Origin: Ostreococcus lucimarinus
Taxonomy: Eukaryota
Length of the DNA: 64,000 nucleotides
Reading direction: 5' to 3' (one strand)
NCBI GenBank assembly: GCA_000092065.1
Contig: CP000583.1
How positions within the stretch are numbered: position 1 is the stretch's first letter; every line of letters starts with the position of its first letter. Of the stretch, positions 49,101 through 59,317 are shown piece after piece. The position numbers and the translations under genes are program-made. Under the pieces are notes generated by a model. That model saw only the letters and a program-made list of their open reading frames with translations, searched no databases and was not told the DNA's origin.

Positions 49101-52100
49101 GAAGCCGGCGCCGGGGGAGTCTCAAAGTTCTCAGCGTCTTCTATGAAGAGACGGTTCGGAAGCGGTGAGTTCGTTCCTTGGCGTTCTGCATCGGGGTTTG
49201 ACTCGAAAACTTCGATTTCACTCTGCACAGACTCCTCCATCTCAGTGCCATAGAGCATGTCTTCGAGCACGATGGCGCAGGATGTTGAATTCAGCACGAC
49301 GAGTGGCGCGGCGCAGTACAAGGTCCGTGACTGCGTCGCTTCATCGATGTAAAACGTAAAGCGCAAGGAAACGGCTTGTGAAGACGATTTGTCACCTCCG
49401 TCGTGAATCCTTTTCGTATCTCGATCAACATGGTAAATCTCACCGTTTGCCTGACACTTGGCGTTTTTCAAAGCCATCGTGTATTCCGGCACGACGAGCT
49501 CTTCGCACGGCGCATATCCAACGATTTGTGCAGATACCGAAGCAGACCAAGTGGGGTGAGAGGCTGTGAATAAAGTCGACTCACCCGGATTCACCACATG
49601 TGACTCTATGCGCGCATCATGGCCAAATGCATTCCTAGCGCGGCAAGTGACCACCATCTGCAGCGGTAGCGTGTTGACAAATTTCAGCGGCGCGCTCAGC
49701 GCCAGCTGCACGCGTTTGAGTGTCTCGTCGCGAGTCACCGTGAACGCACACGTGTACGGATCAGACGAAGCAATACTATGTTCTTTCGTCACCGAACAAA
49801 GCGATGCCTCGATAGCATCTTCTTTCGCGACCAAATCAGAAAACGCGACAAAGGTACTCCAATTGTGACGACGTCGCCAGAACGCGTCCCCAAAGGGTGA
49901 GCGTGGAGTGGCGTTGGTTTTCGAACGATGGAGCGGGCTGAGGAAAGGTGACCCAGCGGAAGCTTCAGAATCATCCACCTCATCCACGGAGATTTCTCCA
50001 AAATCTTCATCCGGCGACACCACGCGCCATTGCACGTTTTTAGCTAAGCGCAGGGGTATCGGAAGCCACACACTTTCGCCGGGAAGTATCGGGCCGAAAA
50101 TCGTCGCCGGCAGCGTCGCACTTTGCTGAAAGCACATCACGATCGGGGCGTTCGTGCCATTCAAAATTGCGACGTCCGAACGAAGCAATAGTTCATATCG
50201 ATTCACCTTGTTCGAGCAAGGGCCGATCTCCGCGATGACACGCGCGCAGGAACCGTCCACCATCTGTGCTTCGTATTCCAGCAAGCTCGTCTCCTCGCCA
50301 ATGGTGTCGAGAGAAATTGCCTCGTCTATGTCGACCTGGATGTCTTCAAATTCGAGCGACACGTGAGGAACGCGTTCTTGCGTCGATTCCGATCGATGGC
50401 GCACGCTCGCGCCGTCATCTTCATCGTCATCATTGATCGGCGATGCCCAGTACGAGGCCCCTCGCTCTATGACGCGGTTGGTTTTGCACGCACGATTTTC
50501 CTCGCGCCGCTCAAAGTGCATAACGTTTGTGTCACCCGCGATAGTTTTACCCGCCCCGGCGGACGTGATTTCGCCACCACGAACTAACGTGAGCGCATAA
50601 GCGACGTTGAATCCAGTGGCGTTCGTCATCTGATAAGTGCAAGGTCCAAAAGTCGTCGACTGTTCGAGATCCGCGATGGGCGCTTGCGCCGCTTGCGCGA
50701 TGATTTGCGTCTTGAGAAGCGCTTCGACGACACTATGCGACATTGTTATTTCGATCCCAGCCGCAACGTTGATGTTGACACTCTCAAATAGAAACTCTGG
50801 CGTGAGCTTGATTGACGTCGAAACGCGCATGGGTTCAAGAATGGGTTCCCAAGCCGCTTTCACTGGATGCAAGTAGTCCATCTCTACATCCATCGATGCG
50901 CTTCCATCCACGCCAGAGCTCGAGCTCTTAACATCAACACGCGCGTCCGTCATCATGACTTGCAAAACTGGCACAACGATGTGGACCTGTGCGTGTTCCA
51001 GGCACGCACTCATGGACTCTACGTTGATGGAAAGATCGAACTCGTGTGGGCTTGAACTCGAGGGCAATTGATCATACGCCTCTATGGCGTTCAAAGTTGC
51101 CGGTTGCGCGAGGATCAGCGCCGAAACTTCTTGTATCAAGTGTAAAGAAACTTCGTTTGCGCGTGCGCGCATCTCATGTACAGTAACGTCCATTTTCGGC
51201 ACGACTTTGCGCGCAAAGTGTTCAGGAGATGTGGGCGGCAAAGTCATTCTACTCGAAAGTCCAATAACTTCGGCGAGCGTAAACATGATTGATGAACCTT
51301 CGAGATCATCTTCATCCTTGCAGTATCCTGTCTCAAGCGTGAACTCATCCAGTGTGAACGTCGCATTGACGCAAGATCCCGCAGTGAACTCATTCAAAGT
51401 ACCCGATTGCCGAGTCTTCAAACGTACGATACGCAGCGGCGCATGGCGCTCGCTCTCTGAACGCCAAGGTAGTTGTACTGTCCAAGTTTCCGTGCGAAAG
51501 TTCGCAGACACGAGAGTTAAAGACAAAGGTGATATCGATGGTGCAGATGTCGTTGTCGACGCGGTCAACACAGGCATTGCCTGTCTCACGCCATGCAAGA
51601 CACTCGTTCCCGCAATGATGTACGGCGCGTTGAACTCGACATCGCCTTTCCCAATGAGCAACTCGGACTTTACTGAGCCTTGGGCGTACATGGCATCCAT
51701 TTTGACAGCCGCACCGGACTCACTCGATATATGAAGCAACGTCGTCGGGTGTTCGATACTTTTGCGTGTGCAAACTTGCAGATCAATAGAGTCCACTCGT
51801 AATTCAGCGAGATGGCCGTCTTCTCGCGGACTCGCGCGCCCCGTCACGTCGAAAAACGTCAACGAAATTTCATCCGCTTCTCTAGCGCTCAACCTGATTC
51901 GTTTCACATTCACGTCGACGGAAGGAATTGAAAACACTTTGGCGTCAGTGATCCCAGGAGAAGCTATAGGTGAACTCTTAGTCAGAGAGGGCATCTTTGG
52001 AATCGATTCCGAGACGACGACCAGTCGCCGCACGTCTGTGGGGGTAATTTCAGCGCCAATACTCCCCACCTGCACCTTCGCCGCGTTTGAGGCGCTCCCG

Positions 52101-55100
52101 AAAGAATGAGTAAAATGTACATCCTCGACATCGAGTAATGAAGTAGAAAACTCGGCGTTGAGAATAGAGAGTAACATTCTAGGGAGCTCAAGTTCCACGT
52201 GCGAGGCATTGCCTCGAATCTCCATGGCACGCGTCGTGAGCGCAACCGCTTCCTTTTCGCCCGACTCTTCAAAGAGCTTGAACGACATGGGTTCAATGGA
52301 GCCGTGTAAAAATAGTGACAACGAGTCTGCGATATCGAACGTCGCTACACAACTCCACGCCCTGTCGAACTCACCACGGACGGAACGACTCTGAATAGGG
52401 CTCGCGACGTGCAGACGTTCACCAAAGAACTTCTTGACGTCTTTCGTAAGGCGGGCAAACTCTGATAGCGTTTCGAGTACATTTTGCGTAACTCTTACGT
52501 CGATGGCTCCCAATTCGATCGTACCCGCGATTCGTGCGCAGACGTGAGCTTTCAGTATAGAGTCCTTCGGCGAGCAACGCACAATTTCTGTTTGCGCCGA
52601 ATCAGCGTCCATGTGCACGCCAGATACCGTACCTACGCTTGATTTCATCCTCCAATCGTCGCTCGAACCCTTCGTGGCGATACTGATGTCCGTGACCGTG
52701 TAATGCATTCGGCCTGATGCGCTATTCAAATTCAGCGCGATCTTTTCTAAGTTGAATCGAAGCCCAGAATCCACGGCGAAGGGCGTCGAACTCGCAGTTG
52801 TCTGTACAGAGACGTCTGCAAAGGCTTGGACCACGTGAACCACCGCCGCGACGCTTACCGGATCGAAGTTGAGTTCGATCGGTTCCAAGTCTACCATCGT
52901 CACATCGGAATCGAATATTGTCGCATCGTTCACGACAGTAAGTTTCACTCCTTCAGCTATAGCAGCGGAGGCGTTTGCCGCGGTCATCCACGCGCCGTCG
53001 ACGTGTGCGAAACTACGAGTTTGCAAAACAAATTCAGACAACTCTTCCAGGGCGCGCCACGCTTCCTTTGCATCGTAAGCATAATCCATCATCGCTGAAG
53101 CTTCGTCTACCAATCGATCAAACGATCCATCATCGCGTGATCGCGAACCGTTTTCCTGGCAAAAGACAATCTTTTCCGCGCCAAACGCCAACGCAGCCGA
53201 CGTCTCCACATCGATCGATGGCGGTGCAGTTTGAGCGGGTACGACAAGTAAGGGTGAATCGATCTCAACGAGCACAGGTATCGCTTGTATCCCGTCGCCA
53301 AGGAGCTTGATCATCTTCAACCTGCACTCTGGCGAGCGATTGTTCAACCCCAAAGTCGCTCTTCGTAGTGCTTGCCAGTAAGGTCCATCTCTGATACTCG
53401 CGAAACCCGCGAGCACTTTGGCCGTTGACGGTCGAATAGCCATACCGTGTGGCGCCATCTTCACGTGCACGTTTACGAGCACGTCCAGCGTCGCGCACGC
53501 ACTCGGATTCAACTTGATCGTAACCGCTCGCTCGCCATCAGTTTCTCGAGACCAAATCATATCCTCAGCAACACCCGAGCTCGAGTCCTCAGCGTGCACG
53601 CGATCGACGTGTATCTGCGTCTCACTGACGACACCTTCGTCATCGGCGAAGAGAGCACCATGCGCCAGTGATATGTTATTCGCCGTGAACCGTAATCGAT
53701 TCTCCGCCGCGTCTCGAATCGTCATCGAGACGCCGGGAATCTCCACAGATACTTCTGGCTCAAAGTCACCGACTGATTCTGATGCCGACGCATATTTTGA
53801 TGACACGTTGACATAGTTGTAAGCTTTGGAGATGTAACTCGTGCTCTTGGCATAGAGATAGCTCGTGAGACTCGTTGACGTCTGTTTTGACTCTGGCATT
53901 CTTCTTATCTGCTCCGCGGTCTCCTCCGCATCATCGCCGCTGGTGTCGAATATATCCGCGGCGCTGTATGACGAGTGATACGAAGGAAACATGCTATCCA
54001 TCATATCATCTTCTGTCTCTTGAAGACTCGCCACCTTGCGCTCGACAAGCGATGTGATGAGCTCAACGTCATCCGCCGTGAGCCTCGTCTCAAACTTTTG
54101 TAAATGTTCAGGCATCGTGATTCTCTGCCCACGTTTGCGCTCGACGCACACCTCGACGTACGCCTCGAGCTGTGAGCGCCCATGTCTAAGTCTATCTAGC
54201 ATTCGAGCGCGATGGTGCTCTCCGCGCGGCACCGTCGCCCTGACGGCGTATCTCCACCAATCGACGGGATTCTTCGTCTTTGGTCTACGTTCGCCGTGCG
54301 CTCTTCTCTTCGTCCACATATCAATCTCATCGCGCACCAAAAGCAACATCTGCGCCTGCGAAGCGCTAATATTCGTTTCTAGAACGTCTCGAACGTCTAT
54401 CTTCGCGACGTATTTCGATGCCTTCGGGCGAAGGAATCTCGCGCGCCGCGCGCGTTTGCGCAAGTGCACGTCCATTCGCACGCGACCGTTCGGTCCCACG
54501 ACATCGTGCTGCCCCGACGTCTCACCATCATCCACGATGAGCGACAGTCCTGTTATTTCGACGCGCTTCATCGCGTCTCCGCTGAACGACGCGTCGCCCG
54601 CGTCGTCGTCGTGCTCGGAAGTCTTTGTTTTCTTTCGCTCTGGCTCGCCGTCGTTCGCGTCCTCGTCATCCTCCGCTGACCGAGCGCTCGACGTCTTCCC
54701 TACGCTCTTCATCGTAAACCGCTCGATGCTTCCTCGCAATCGCCCGACGTCACCCTCCCGCCCCGAACCCGTCGCCTTCGTCGCGTACGTCGCGCTCGCG
54801 CGTCGACACTCCACCGATAAACGCTCAAACGCCGCCGCGAACCACGCGTTGGACCACGCCGACCCTTTCACCATCTCTCGCGCGTGCGTCTCCATCGCGC
54901 TCGCGATGTGTTCCATCGCTTTCTCCCTCGCGTCCCGTCGTTCGCGCAGCGCATCCGAGTCGACCCCATCACCCGAGTCGTCTTCGTCTTCTTCGTCGTC
55001 GTTCGGCGCCTCCGCCTCGACGTCGACGCCTTCCACGCGCACCCGAAGCGTCTCCTCTCGCTTCCCGAACACCGCGTAGTGCACGTCGATCGTCTCGATG

Positions 55101-55288
55101 CGCACTCGCGTGAGTTTTATCCCCAGGTTCAGCTCGCGATTGAGCGCGTCGCAGTTCACGGACACGTTTCGCAGCGAAAGTTTTCGTCGCAGCAGGGCGA
55201 TGCGCAGGGTGTCGGAATTGACGCCGTCGAGGTAGCGATTGAGCGCGCGCGCGAGCAAAGGCGCGAGTATGGTGTGCGCGCCGATCAT
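46169..55288 (-). CDS. VPS13: VPS13-like bridge-like lipid-transfer protein (chorein-N family), 3039 aa in a single exon
   Basis: N-terminus MIGAHTILAPLLARALNRYLDGVNSDTLRIALLRRKLSLRNVSVNCDALNRELNLGIKLTRVRIETIDV matches the chorein-N pattern (LLNRFLG.YV.....QL.IG...G...L.NL.L...AL..L.LP). Size and extended-beta composition throughout are typical of VPS13. Uninterrupted 9.1-kb ORF. Confidence 0.75.
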   Translation of the reverse strand: MIGAHTILAPLLARALNRYLDGVNSDTLRIALLRRKLSLRNVSVNCDALNRELNLGIKLTRVRIETIDVHYAVFGKREETLRVRVEGVDVEAEAPNDDEEDEDDSGDGVDSDALRERRDAREKAMEHIASAMETHAREMVKGSAWSNAWFAAAFERLSVECRRASATYATKATGSGREGDVGRLRGSIERFTMKSVGKTSSARSAEDDEDANDGEPERKKTKTSEHDDDAGDASFSGDAMKRVEITGLSLIVDDGETSGQHDVVGPNGRVRMDVHLRKRARRARFLRPKASKYVAKIDVRDVLETNISASQAQMLLLVRDEIDMWTKRRAHGERRPKTKNPVDWWRYAVRATVPRGEHHRARMLDRLRHGRSQLEAYVEVCVERKRGQRITMPEHLQKFETRLTADDVELITSLVERKVASLQETEDDMMDSMFPSYHSSYSAADIFDTSGDDAEETAEQIRRMPESKQTSTSLTSYLYAKSTSYISKAYNYVNVSSKYASASESVGDFEPEVSVEIPGVSMTIRDAAENRLRFTANNISLAHGALFADDEGVVSETQIHVDRVHAEDSSSGVAEDMIWSRETDGERAVTIKLNPSACATLDVLVNVHVKMAPHGMAIRPSTAKVLAGFASIRDGPYWQALRRATLGLNNRSPECRLKMIKLLGDGIQAIPVLVEIDSPLLVVPAQTAPPSIDVETSAALAFGAEKIVFCQENGSRSRDDGSFDRLVDEASAMMDYAYDAKEAWRALEELSEFVLQTRSFAHVDGAWMTAANASAAIAEGVKLTVVNDATIFDSDVTMVDLEPIELNFDPVSVAAVVHVVQAFADVSVQTTASSTPFAVDSGLRFNLEKIALNLNSASGRMHYTVTDISIATKGSSDDWRMKSSVGTVSGVHMDADSAQTEIVRCSPKDSILKAHVCARIAGTIELGAIDVRVTQNVLETLSEFARLTKDVKKFFGERLHVASPIQSRSVRGEFDRAWSCVATFDIADSLSLFLHGSIEPMSFKLFEESGEKEAVALTTRAMEIRGNASHVELELPRMLLSILNAEFSTSLLDVEDVHFTHSFGSASNAAKVQVGSIGAEITPTDVRRLVVVSESIPKMPSLTKSSPIASPGITDAKVFSIPSVDVNVKRIRLSAREADEISLTFFDVTGRASPREDGHLAELRVDSIDLQVCTRKSIEHPTTLLHISSESGAAVKMDAMYAQGSVKSELLIGKGDVEFNAPYIIAGTSVLHGVRQAMPVLTASTTTSAPSISPLSLTLVSANFRTETWTVQLPWRSESERHAPLRIVRLKTRQSGTLNEFTAGSCVNATFTLDEFTLETGYCKDEDDLEGSSIMFTLAEVIGLSSRMTLPPTSPEHFARKVVPKMDVTVHEMRARANEVSLHLIQEVSALILAQPATLNAIEAYDQLPSSSSPHEFDLSINVESMSACLEHAQVHIVVPVLQVMMTDARVDVKSSSSGVDGSASMDVEMDYLHPVKAAWEPILEPMRVSTSIKLTPEFLFESVNINVAAGIEITMSHSVVEALLKTQIIAQAAQAPIADLEQSTTFGPCTYQMTNATGFNVAYALTLVRGGEITSAGAGKTIAGDTNVMHFERREENRACKTNRVIERGASYWASPINDDDEDDGASVRHRSESTQERVPHVSLEFEDIQVDIDEAISLDTIGEETSLLEYEAQMVDGSCARVIAEIGPCSNKVNRYELLLRSDVAILNGTNAPIVMCFQQSATLPATIFGPILPGESVWLPIPLRLAKNVQWRVVSPDEDFGEISVDEVDDSEASAGSPFLSPLHRSKTNATPRSPFGDAFWRRRHNWSTFVAFSDLVAKEDAIEASLCSVTKEHSIASSDPYTCAFTVTRDETLKRVQLALSAPLKFVNTLPLQMVVTCRARNAFGHDARIESHVVNPGESTLFTASHPTWSASVSAQIVGYAPCEELVVPEYTMALKNAKCQANGEIYHVDRDTKRIHDGGDKSSSQAVSLRFTFYIDEATQSRTLYCAAPLVVLNSTSCAIVLEDMLYGTEMEESVQSEIEVFESNPDAERQGTNSPLPNRLFIEDAENFETPPAPASPFARLAQNQALPSLRRMSSSTNVLSQTSPLLMRQSSLRLNADSVTLLTPSTPGRQTVSTDHGVDYGVDDEDSLDQRATVLGSSAHWRKSIKRRPRIRIRLKSSSAWSRPFRIDPTGLPIEIRLPSDAGSDVCEHVFVVTASMVSTDKLCKTAKIMIRPKFLIKSTLDEAVWIRHGGTESVDLLQPRSATPLRWFDMRSKVPKVIMFRPEKGVFEWSKPVHVPEHTASILKMRHLGGDSTLHTETITVSILENDDGTFDIRIARPTEIDGALGMHSIENHSNASIWYHQLGADDARATLAPKESEERLIEDSSLPRALVIGYGDLSLGEPISLDITRTLSYSVVTTDKRCLRVMVTREGPMCSVIIEDALSSRVADTPERPRLSTKTPQRPGAPVNVSFKCGWIGVSAIHGHEELLYGRVSGITVKVLADGSEFKSAVRVHSARVDHTSSKAKRPIVLAIPERHQSAREALELQVHGRVQKLNGLPVIRSLKVDLAPAFVDLHDELIESVPRAIAPCVRHAELLLPPAKPTIKANGARKRSLEGETVGALTSVYLQELIINDVELVLSFSRLPGLPVAVRALAGVDRANLRLRGFHMNQPSLMAADVSMMAARHFAREAVIVAGSLWAHNSLLGDPRRLWDEIIEAFDEMHQGSATTALPRVIMALTAAFAHSGETALSQARDVVDGWLEALEVAQASRRFSLRPRRLGTVEDLEKQATVTFVARIFDTVGRVVFDVIDGPLHGLELAGVRGLVEGSVIGLMSALTRVLAAALDGAELSARRLRLFTAAKTFEGEYMRPRRPLPTSYMDPIRPYHLIEAIGRETLAKLASSEKRERFVATASLMWPSHDMCVLTGGKLLVVHRSDVNAPYVRSSVRFVDISGVLRDGNRVSVYAARAERSTRVSLAQTQSVFARAYGFAFGWMHREQDQSFHDVDETFRGEDAATPTSIVVRCADEDAARWLSSALSPFVNANAKQN

Positions 55289-55440
55289 GTGCGTCGATCG
55301 TGCGCCGCGCGCGCGGCGCGTGCGGCGCGTGCCGCGCGTGGCGCGCGAGAGAATGACGAAAGCGAAAAGTTCGTTGGTCGAGCGCGCGACGCGACGGGAC
55401 GGGACGGGACGCGGCGATGGAATAACATGAATGAATTACA

Positions 55441-56508
55441 TCACGAAGGCACGGGCACCGCGCCTGGGACGCGCTCTGCGTCTTCGTCTCCGGGCGCCAA
55501 CGCCTCGTCGATCTCGCGATCGCTCACGGGCGGCGGCGATTTGCCCTTGGCGACGTCATATCCTTTGCGGCGCTCGCGCGGCGCGGGACCGGTGGATACG
55601 ATGGAGTACGCGGCGTTTAAGACGTCGTATCGCGACGTCGTGAGCGTGCGGTTGGCGAACACGGCCGCACTGAGTCGTTTGGTGAAATCACCGCCGGGCA
55701 TTTTATCGCCCTCGTCGATGTCGATGTCTTGCATGCGAACGTCGAACGCGTTGTCCACCAAAGTCAACGCGTAGTCGGCTTGCACGACTTTACTCGTCGG
55801 CCCGTTTCCTCGCAATTCTCCCGTGCGCACGATGGTGAACGTCCATCCATCCGCGACACCGCCCGGTTTCACCGTTTTCGCCGCGCGGCGGCGTATCATG
55901 TCCTCGCACGCGACGCAATCGTCCAACGGCGCGCCGCCTCGAAACGTCTTGCGATTCATATACTTGAACGGATCGACGTCTCGCCGTTCGACGCCGATTC
56001 TCGACATCAACACCACGCGCCGCAATCTCGGGAACCGACCGCCGTCGATCGCCTCACAAAACGTCTCCACGCACGCCTTGAGCTTCTTCGAGCTCTCCTC
56101 CGCGAATATCACGCACGTCGTTCGCTCGCGCGTCGCCGTCTCGCCTCCCAGCGTCTCCCCGAGCTCCGCCGTCTCCACCCCTTGTTCGTCGAGCATCTCC
56201 AGCGTCTTCGCGTGCGGGTACACCAGCGTCGTCGATCGCACGTCTCGCGGATTTCGCACGCCCTCGAACGCCTCGCGCGGCAGCGCCGCGACGACGCGCA
56301 CGTCGCTCGACTTTTCGTTTCGCTTCAGCTCGACCGCCGACGTTTGCGCCAGCCGTTCGAGCGCGCCGGTGACGACGACGACGTCGCGCGCGGCGTCGAG
56401 CGCGCGCGGCGAGACGCGCGCGCGTCGCGGCGTCGAGCGCGCGTCCCGCGCGCGTCGCGACGACGCGCGCGGCGTCGCGGTCGACGGCGCGCGGCGCACC
56501 GACGCCAT
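55441..56508 (-). CDS. Hypothetical organelle-targeted protein with a possible NAD(P)-binding Rossmann N-terminus
   Basis: ATG at 56508 (MASVRRAPSTATPRASSRRARDARSTPRRA presequence), then DVVVVTGALERLAQ. The rest has normal composition. No family assigned. Confidence 0.45.
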   Translation of the reverse strand: MASVRRAPSTATPRASSRRARDARSTPRRARVSPRALDAARDVVVVTGALERLAQTSAVELKRNEKSSDVRVVAALPREAFEGVRNPRDVRSTTLVYPHAKTLEMLDEQGVETAELGETLGGETATRERTTCVIFAEESSKKLKACVETFCEAIDGGRFPRLRRVVLMSRIGVERRDVDPFKYMNRKTFRGGAPLDDCVACEDMIRRRAAKTVKPGGVADGWTFTIVRTGELRGNGPTSKVVQADYALTLVDNAFDVRMQDIDIDEGDKMPGGDFTKRLSAAVFANRTLTTSRYDVLNAAYSIVSTGPAPRERRKGYDVAKGKSPPPVSDREIDEALAPGDEDAERVPGAVPVPS

Positions 56509-56519
56509 CGCGCGACGCA

Positions 56520-57845
56520 ATGGCGACGCGCGTCGCCGGCGCACCGCGCCCGCGCGTCGTCGCGCGCGCGTCGCGACGCGCGACCGTCGCGCGTTCGAGC
56601 GACGGCGCGTTCGACTGCGCGCACTGGCCGCGGTGCGCGGGATGCGTCGACGTCGACGCGCCGCTGCGACCCGAGGCGGAGGCGCGCGCGCGCGCGTACT
56701 TTGCGTCGCTGGACGCGCGCGCGGGCGAGACGGGCGAGACGCGCGAGACGCACGAGACGTATCGCGGACGCGCGACGCGATGGCGCGTCAAGGCGAAGCT
56801 CGCGGCGCGCGCGCACGAGGGCGAGACGCGACTGGGGCTGTTCGCGCGAGGCTCGCACGCGCTGGAGCCCATCGACGACGCGAGCGGGTGCGCGGTGTCG
56901 GCGATCGCGGTCGAAAGAGCGATGGCGCTGGTGCGAGAGGTGTGCGCGTCGATGGATGTGAAAGGGTACGACGAAACGACGGGGAACGGGGAGCTGCGGT
57001 ACGCGCAAATCGTGGCGCAGACGAGAACGGCGGGACAGTGGGACGCGGCGAAGGACGAAGACGCGCGAGCGGCGATTTCGTTGGTGTGGAACGCGCGGAA
57101 GATGACGCCGCGCGCGATGGCGGTGTGCGAGGAAATCGCGCGAAGGGGTGGAGATTTCGTGCACGGGACGTGGGTGAACGCGCAAGACGCGCGAAATAAC
57201 GTGATTTTTAACAACGACGGGTGGCACCACGCGACGGGCGAGCGAGAAACGCACTCGTACACGCCCAACGGTGCCAAGGTGTTTTATCTGCCGGGAAGCT
57301 TCATGCAAGCCAACGCGGAGGCGTACGGAGAGTTGCTCAAGCGCATGCCGCGACACGTGCCGAAGAACGCGCGCGTCGTCGAGATGTACGCCGGCGTCGG
57401 CGCCATTGGTTTTTCGCTTCTGACGAACGACGCGCTCGGCGTGAAGAGCTTGCGATGCGTGGAATCGTCGAGCGCGGTCGCCGAAGCGTGGGAACGCACG
57501 CGTGGCGAGTTACCAGAAGATTTGCGAGGTCGAGCAAGTTTGCAAGTCGAAAAGGCGGAGCGCATCGCCGTCGAATCGACGAAGGATTGCGACGTTCTCA
57601 TCGTCGACCCGCCTCGAAAGGGACTCGACGCCAAGCTGCGCGCCGTGCTCACCGACGTCGATGGTCTGAGCGATGACTTGCAAACTTTGCTTTACGTGTC
57701 GTGCGGATTTGAATCATTCATGCGCGACTCGGACGAGTTATTGGCGAGCGGCGTGTGGCAAATCCGTCATCACGAGAGCTTCGTGTTCTTCCCAGGCACG
57801 AATCACATCGAAATCTTTGCCGTGTTTTCGCGCACGCCTTATTAG
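56520..57845 (+). CDS. RumA/TrmA-family RNA (uracil-C5)-methyltransferase with an N-terminal Cys cluster. Probably organellar.
   Basis: N-terminal CAHWPRCAGC Fe-S-type Cys motif. SAM-MTase core VVEMYAGVGAIGFSL...VLIVDPPRKGLD...LLYVSCGFESFMRDSDEL...FFPGTNHIE matches the TrmA-family motifs DPPR.G, YVSCNP..L.RD and FP.T.H.E. Starts 11 bp from the divergent upstream gene. Confidence 0.75.
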   Translation: MATRVAGAPRPRVVARASRRATVARSSDGAFDCAHWPRCAGCVDVDAPLRPEAEARARAYFASLDARAGETGETRETHETYRGRATRWRVKAKLAARAHEGETRLGLFARGSHALEPIDDASGCAVSAIAVERAMALVREVCASMDVKGYDETTGNGELRYAQIVAQTRTAGQWDAAKDEDARAAISLVWNARKMTPRAMAVCEEIARRGGDFVHGTWVNAQDARNNVIFNNDGWHHATGERETHSYTPNGAKVFYLPGSFMQANAEAYGELLKRMPRHVPKNARVVEMYAGVGAIGFSLLTNDALGVKSLRCVESSSAVAEAWERTRGELPEDLRGRASLQVEKAERIAVESTKDCDVLIVDPPRKGLDAKLRAVLTDVDGLSDDLQTLLYVSCGFESFMRDSDELLASGVWQIRHHESFVFFPGTNHIEIFAVFSRTPY

Positions 57846-57905
57846 AGTGTAGTCGATTAGAACGGTCCTTAGCTAGGCCTAGCTAGTTGTAGCGATTAAG
57901 TAGTT

Positions 57906-59153
57906 TTACTCCTCCTTCCTTGGGGGAAGAATGAATATGTTTGAGTGCATCCCGAGACATCCCGTGACTTGCGCGCAAAGCGTCGCGCTTCGGTGAAGCA
58001 ACAAAAATAACGCGGCGCCGAGGAGGATGCCGCCGATGAACATGTTGCCCGCGGGCACAAATGTCGTCATGATCATGATGAACCCGCTCAACCAGTTGAA
58101 CAGCGGCCAATCGGGGTCTGAAACGCGCAGGCGCATGATGCTCATCTCGGCTTCGGCGAAGAGAAGCATGCTCGTGGCGTGCGCCAACGCCAAGTTTGGC
58201 GCAAAATACAAGCACACGCCGTGAAACAACTCGTTGACGATGCAAAACAACGCAATACGCGTCGGATTACGATGCTTTGGCCAGTGTGGTGGCACTTCTT
58301 TTGCCGTGACGGTGCGATAAAACGTCATCGCGCGAGATCGCACGCCGAACAACGCCCCGCCGTCGACGAGCAGGCGCACCACGCCTCGCTCGCCGATGAT
58401 GGGTAGAGTGATCGTAAACGCATTCATCGCGTCGCTCCCAACGAATCCGAAGACAATCATACTTATTTGCAACAGGATCTGCATCTCTTGCACGTCAAAA
58501 GCGGTGTTCACAGGTAACAATCCCGTGTACGTGCTCGAAACCGTGTCGACGGCGAAAAAAATCCGGCTCGACGTCATCATCATCACCGCGAACGCTCTCG
58601 CCGCGGGCGTCGCGATACCGACGGCCAATAAATCAACGAAAATAATCCCGTACACGCACGTGCAAATCGCATCGCATCCGTGATCGACGACTTCTCCCAA
58701 CGGCGACCCGCTCTTCGTTCGTCTCGCTTGCTTACCGTCGATGCCGTCCGCCGTCTGATACGCAAACATTAAAACAGCGCTCACCGCGTACATCCACGAC
58801 GGCGCGGTGTGCGCCAGCACTGGCGTGTGCGTCCAATACAACGCGTACGTCACCATCACCAACATTAATCCGCCGAACGTCAACGCGTTCGGCGCCACCC
58901 ACAGCGGACACCACCGTTCGACGACGTACGTCCACCATCGCTCCAAAAACAGCTTCTCAAACGACGTCGACGGCGGTGATGTATACTTGTACGAGTGCAC
59001 CTGCGCGCACGTGCGCTCGGACGCGCCCACGTGCGCGCGTTTCGCTTCGCGCTCATTTTTTTGGGCGTAGCACACCAAGTCCTCGTTCGACCCATCGTGT
59101 CCACCGCGCGTCAGCACATCGAGGCGCGCGCGTCGAACGGCGGCGATCGGCAT
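57906..59153 (-). CDS. CDP-alcohol phosphotransferase (choline/ethanolaminephosphotransferase, CPT1/EPT1-like)
   Basis: Catalytic motif DGIDGKQARRTKSGSPLGEVVDHGCDAI matches D-G-x2-A-R-x8-G-x3-D-x3-D. N-terminal WTYVVERWCPLWVAPNALTFGG and multiple TM helices. Confidence 0.85.
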   Translation of the reverse strand: MPIAAVRRARLDVLTRGGHDGSNEDLVCYAQKNEREAKRAHVGASERTCAQVHSYKYTSPPSTSFEKLFLERWWTYVVERWCPLWVAPNALTFGGLMLVMVTYALYWTHTPVLAHTAPSWMYAVSAVLMFAYQTADGIDGKQARRTKSGSPLGEVVDHGCDAICTCVYGIIFVDLLAVGIATPAARAFAVMMMTSSRIFFAVDTVSSTYTGLLPVNTAFDVQEMQILLQISMIVFGFVGSDAMNAFTITLPIIGERGVVRLLVDGGALFGVRSRAMTFYRTVTAKEVPPHWPKHRNPTRIALFCIVNELFHGVCLYFAPNLALAHATSMLLFAEAEMSIMRLRVSDPDWPLFNWLSGFIMIMTTFVPAGNMFIGGILLGAALFLLLHRSATLCAQVTGCLGMHSNIFILPPRKEE

Positions 59154-59317
59154 CGCGGCGGCTTTCGATCTTCGCGTCCGCGTCGCTTCGGGTCCGCGCG
59201 CGCGACGTCGGCGTCGTCTTCTGCCGTCGCGTTCGGCGGGACTCTCGTCGTTCCAGTGTCAACGAGATCTCATCGCGCGCCCTTCGTCCTCTGCGCGCGA
59301 ATCCGGGACGCGGCGCG

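Noticed and set aside
54036-55774. 347-aa and 296-aa plus ORFs
   Set aside because: Antisense of the VPS13-like gene 5' region. Low-complexity S/R composition.
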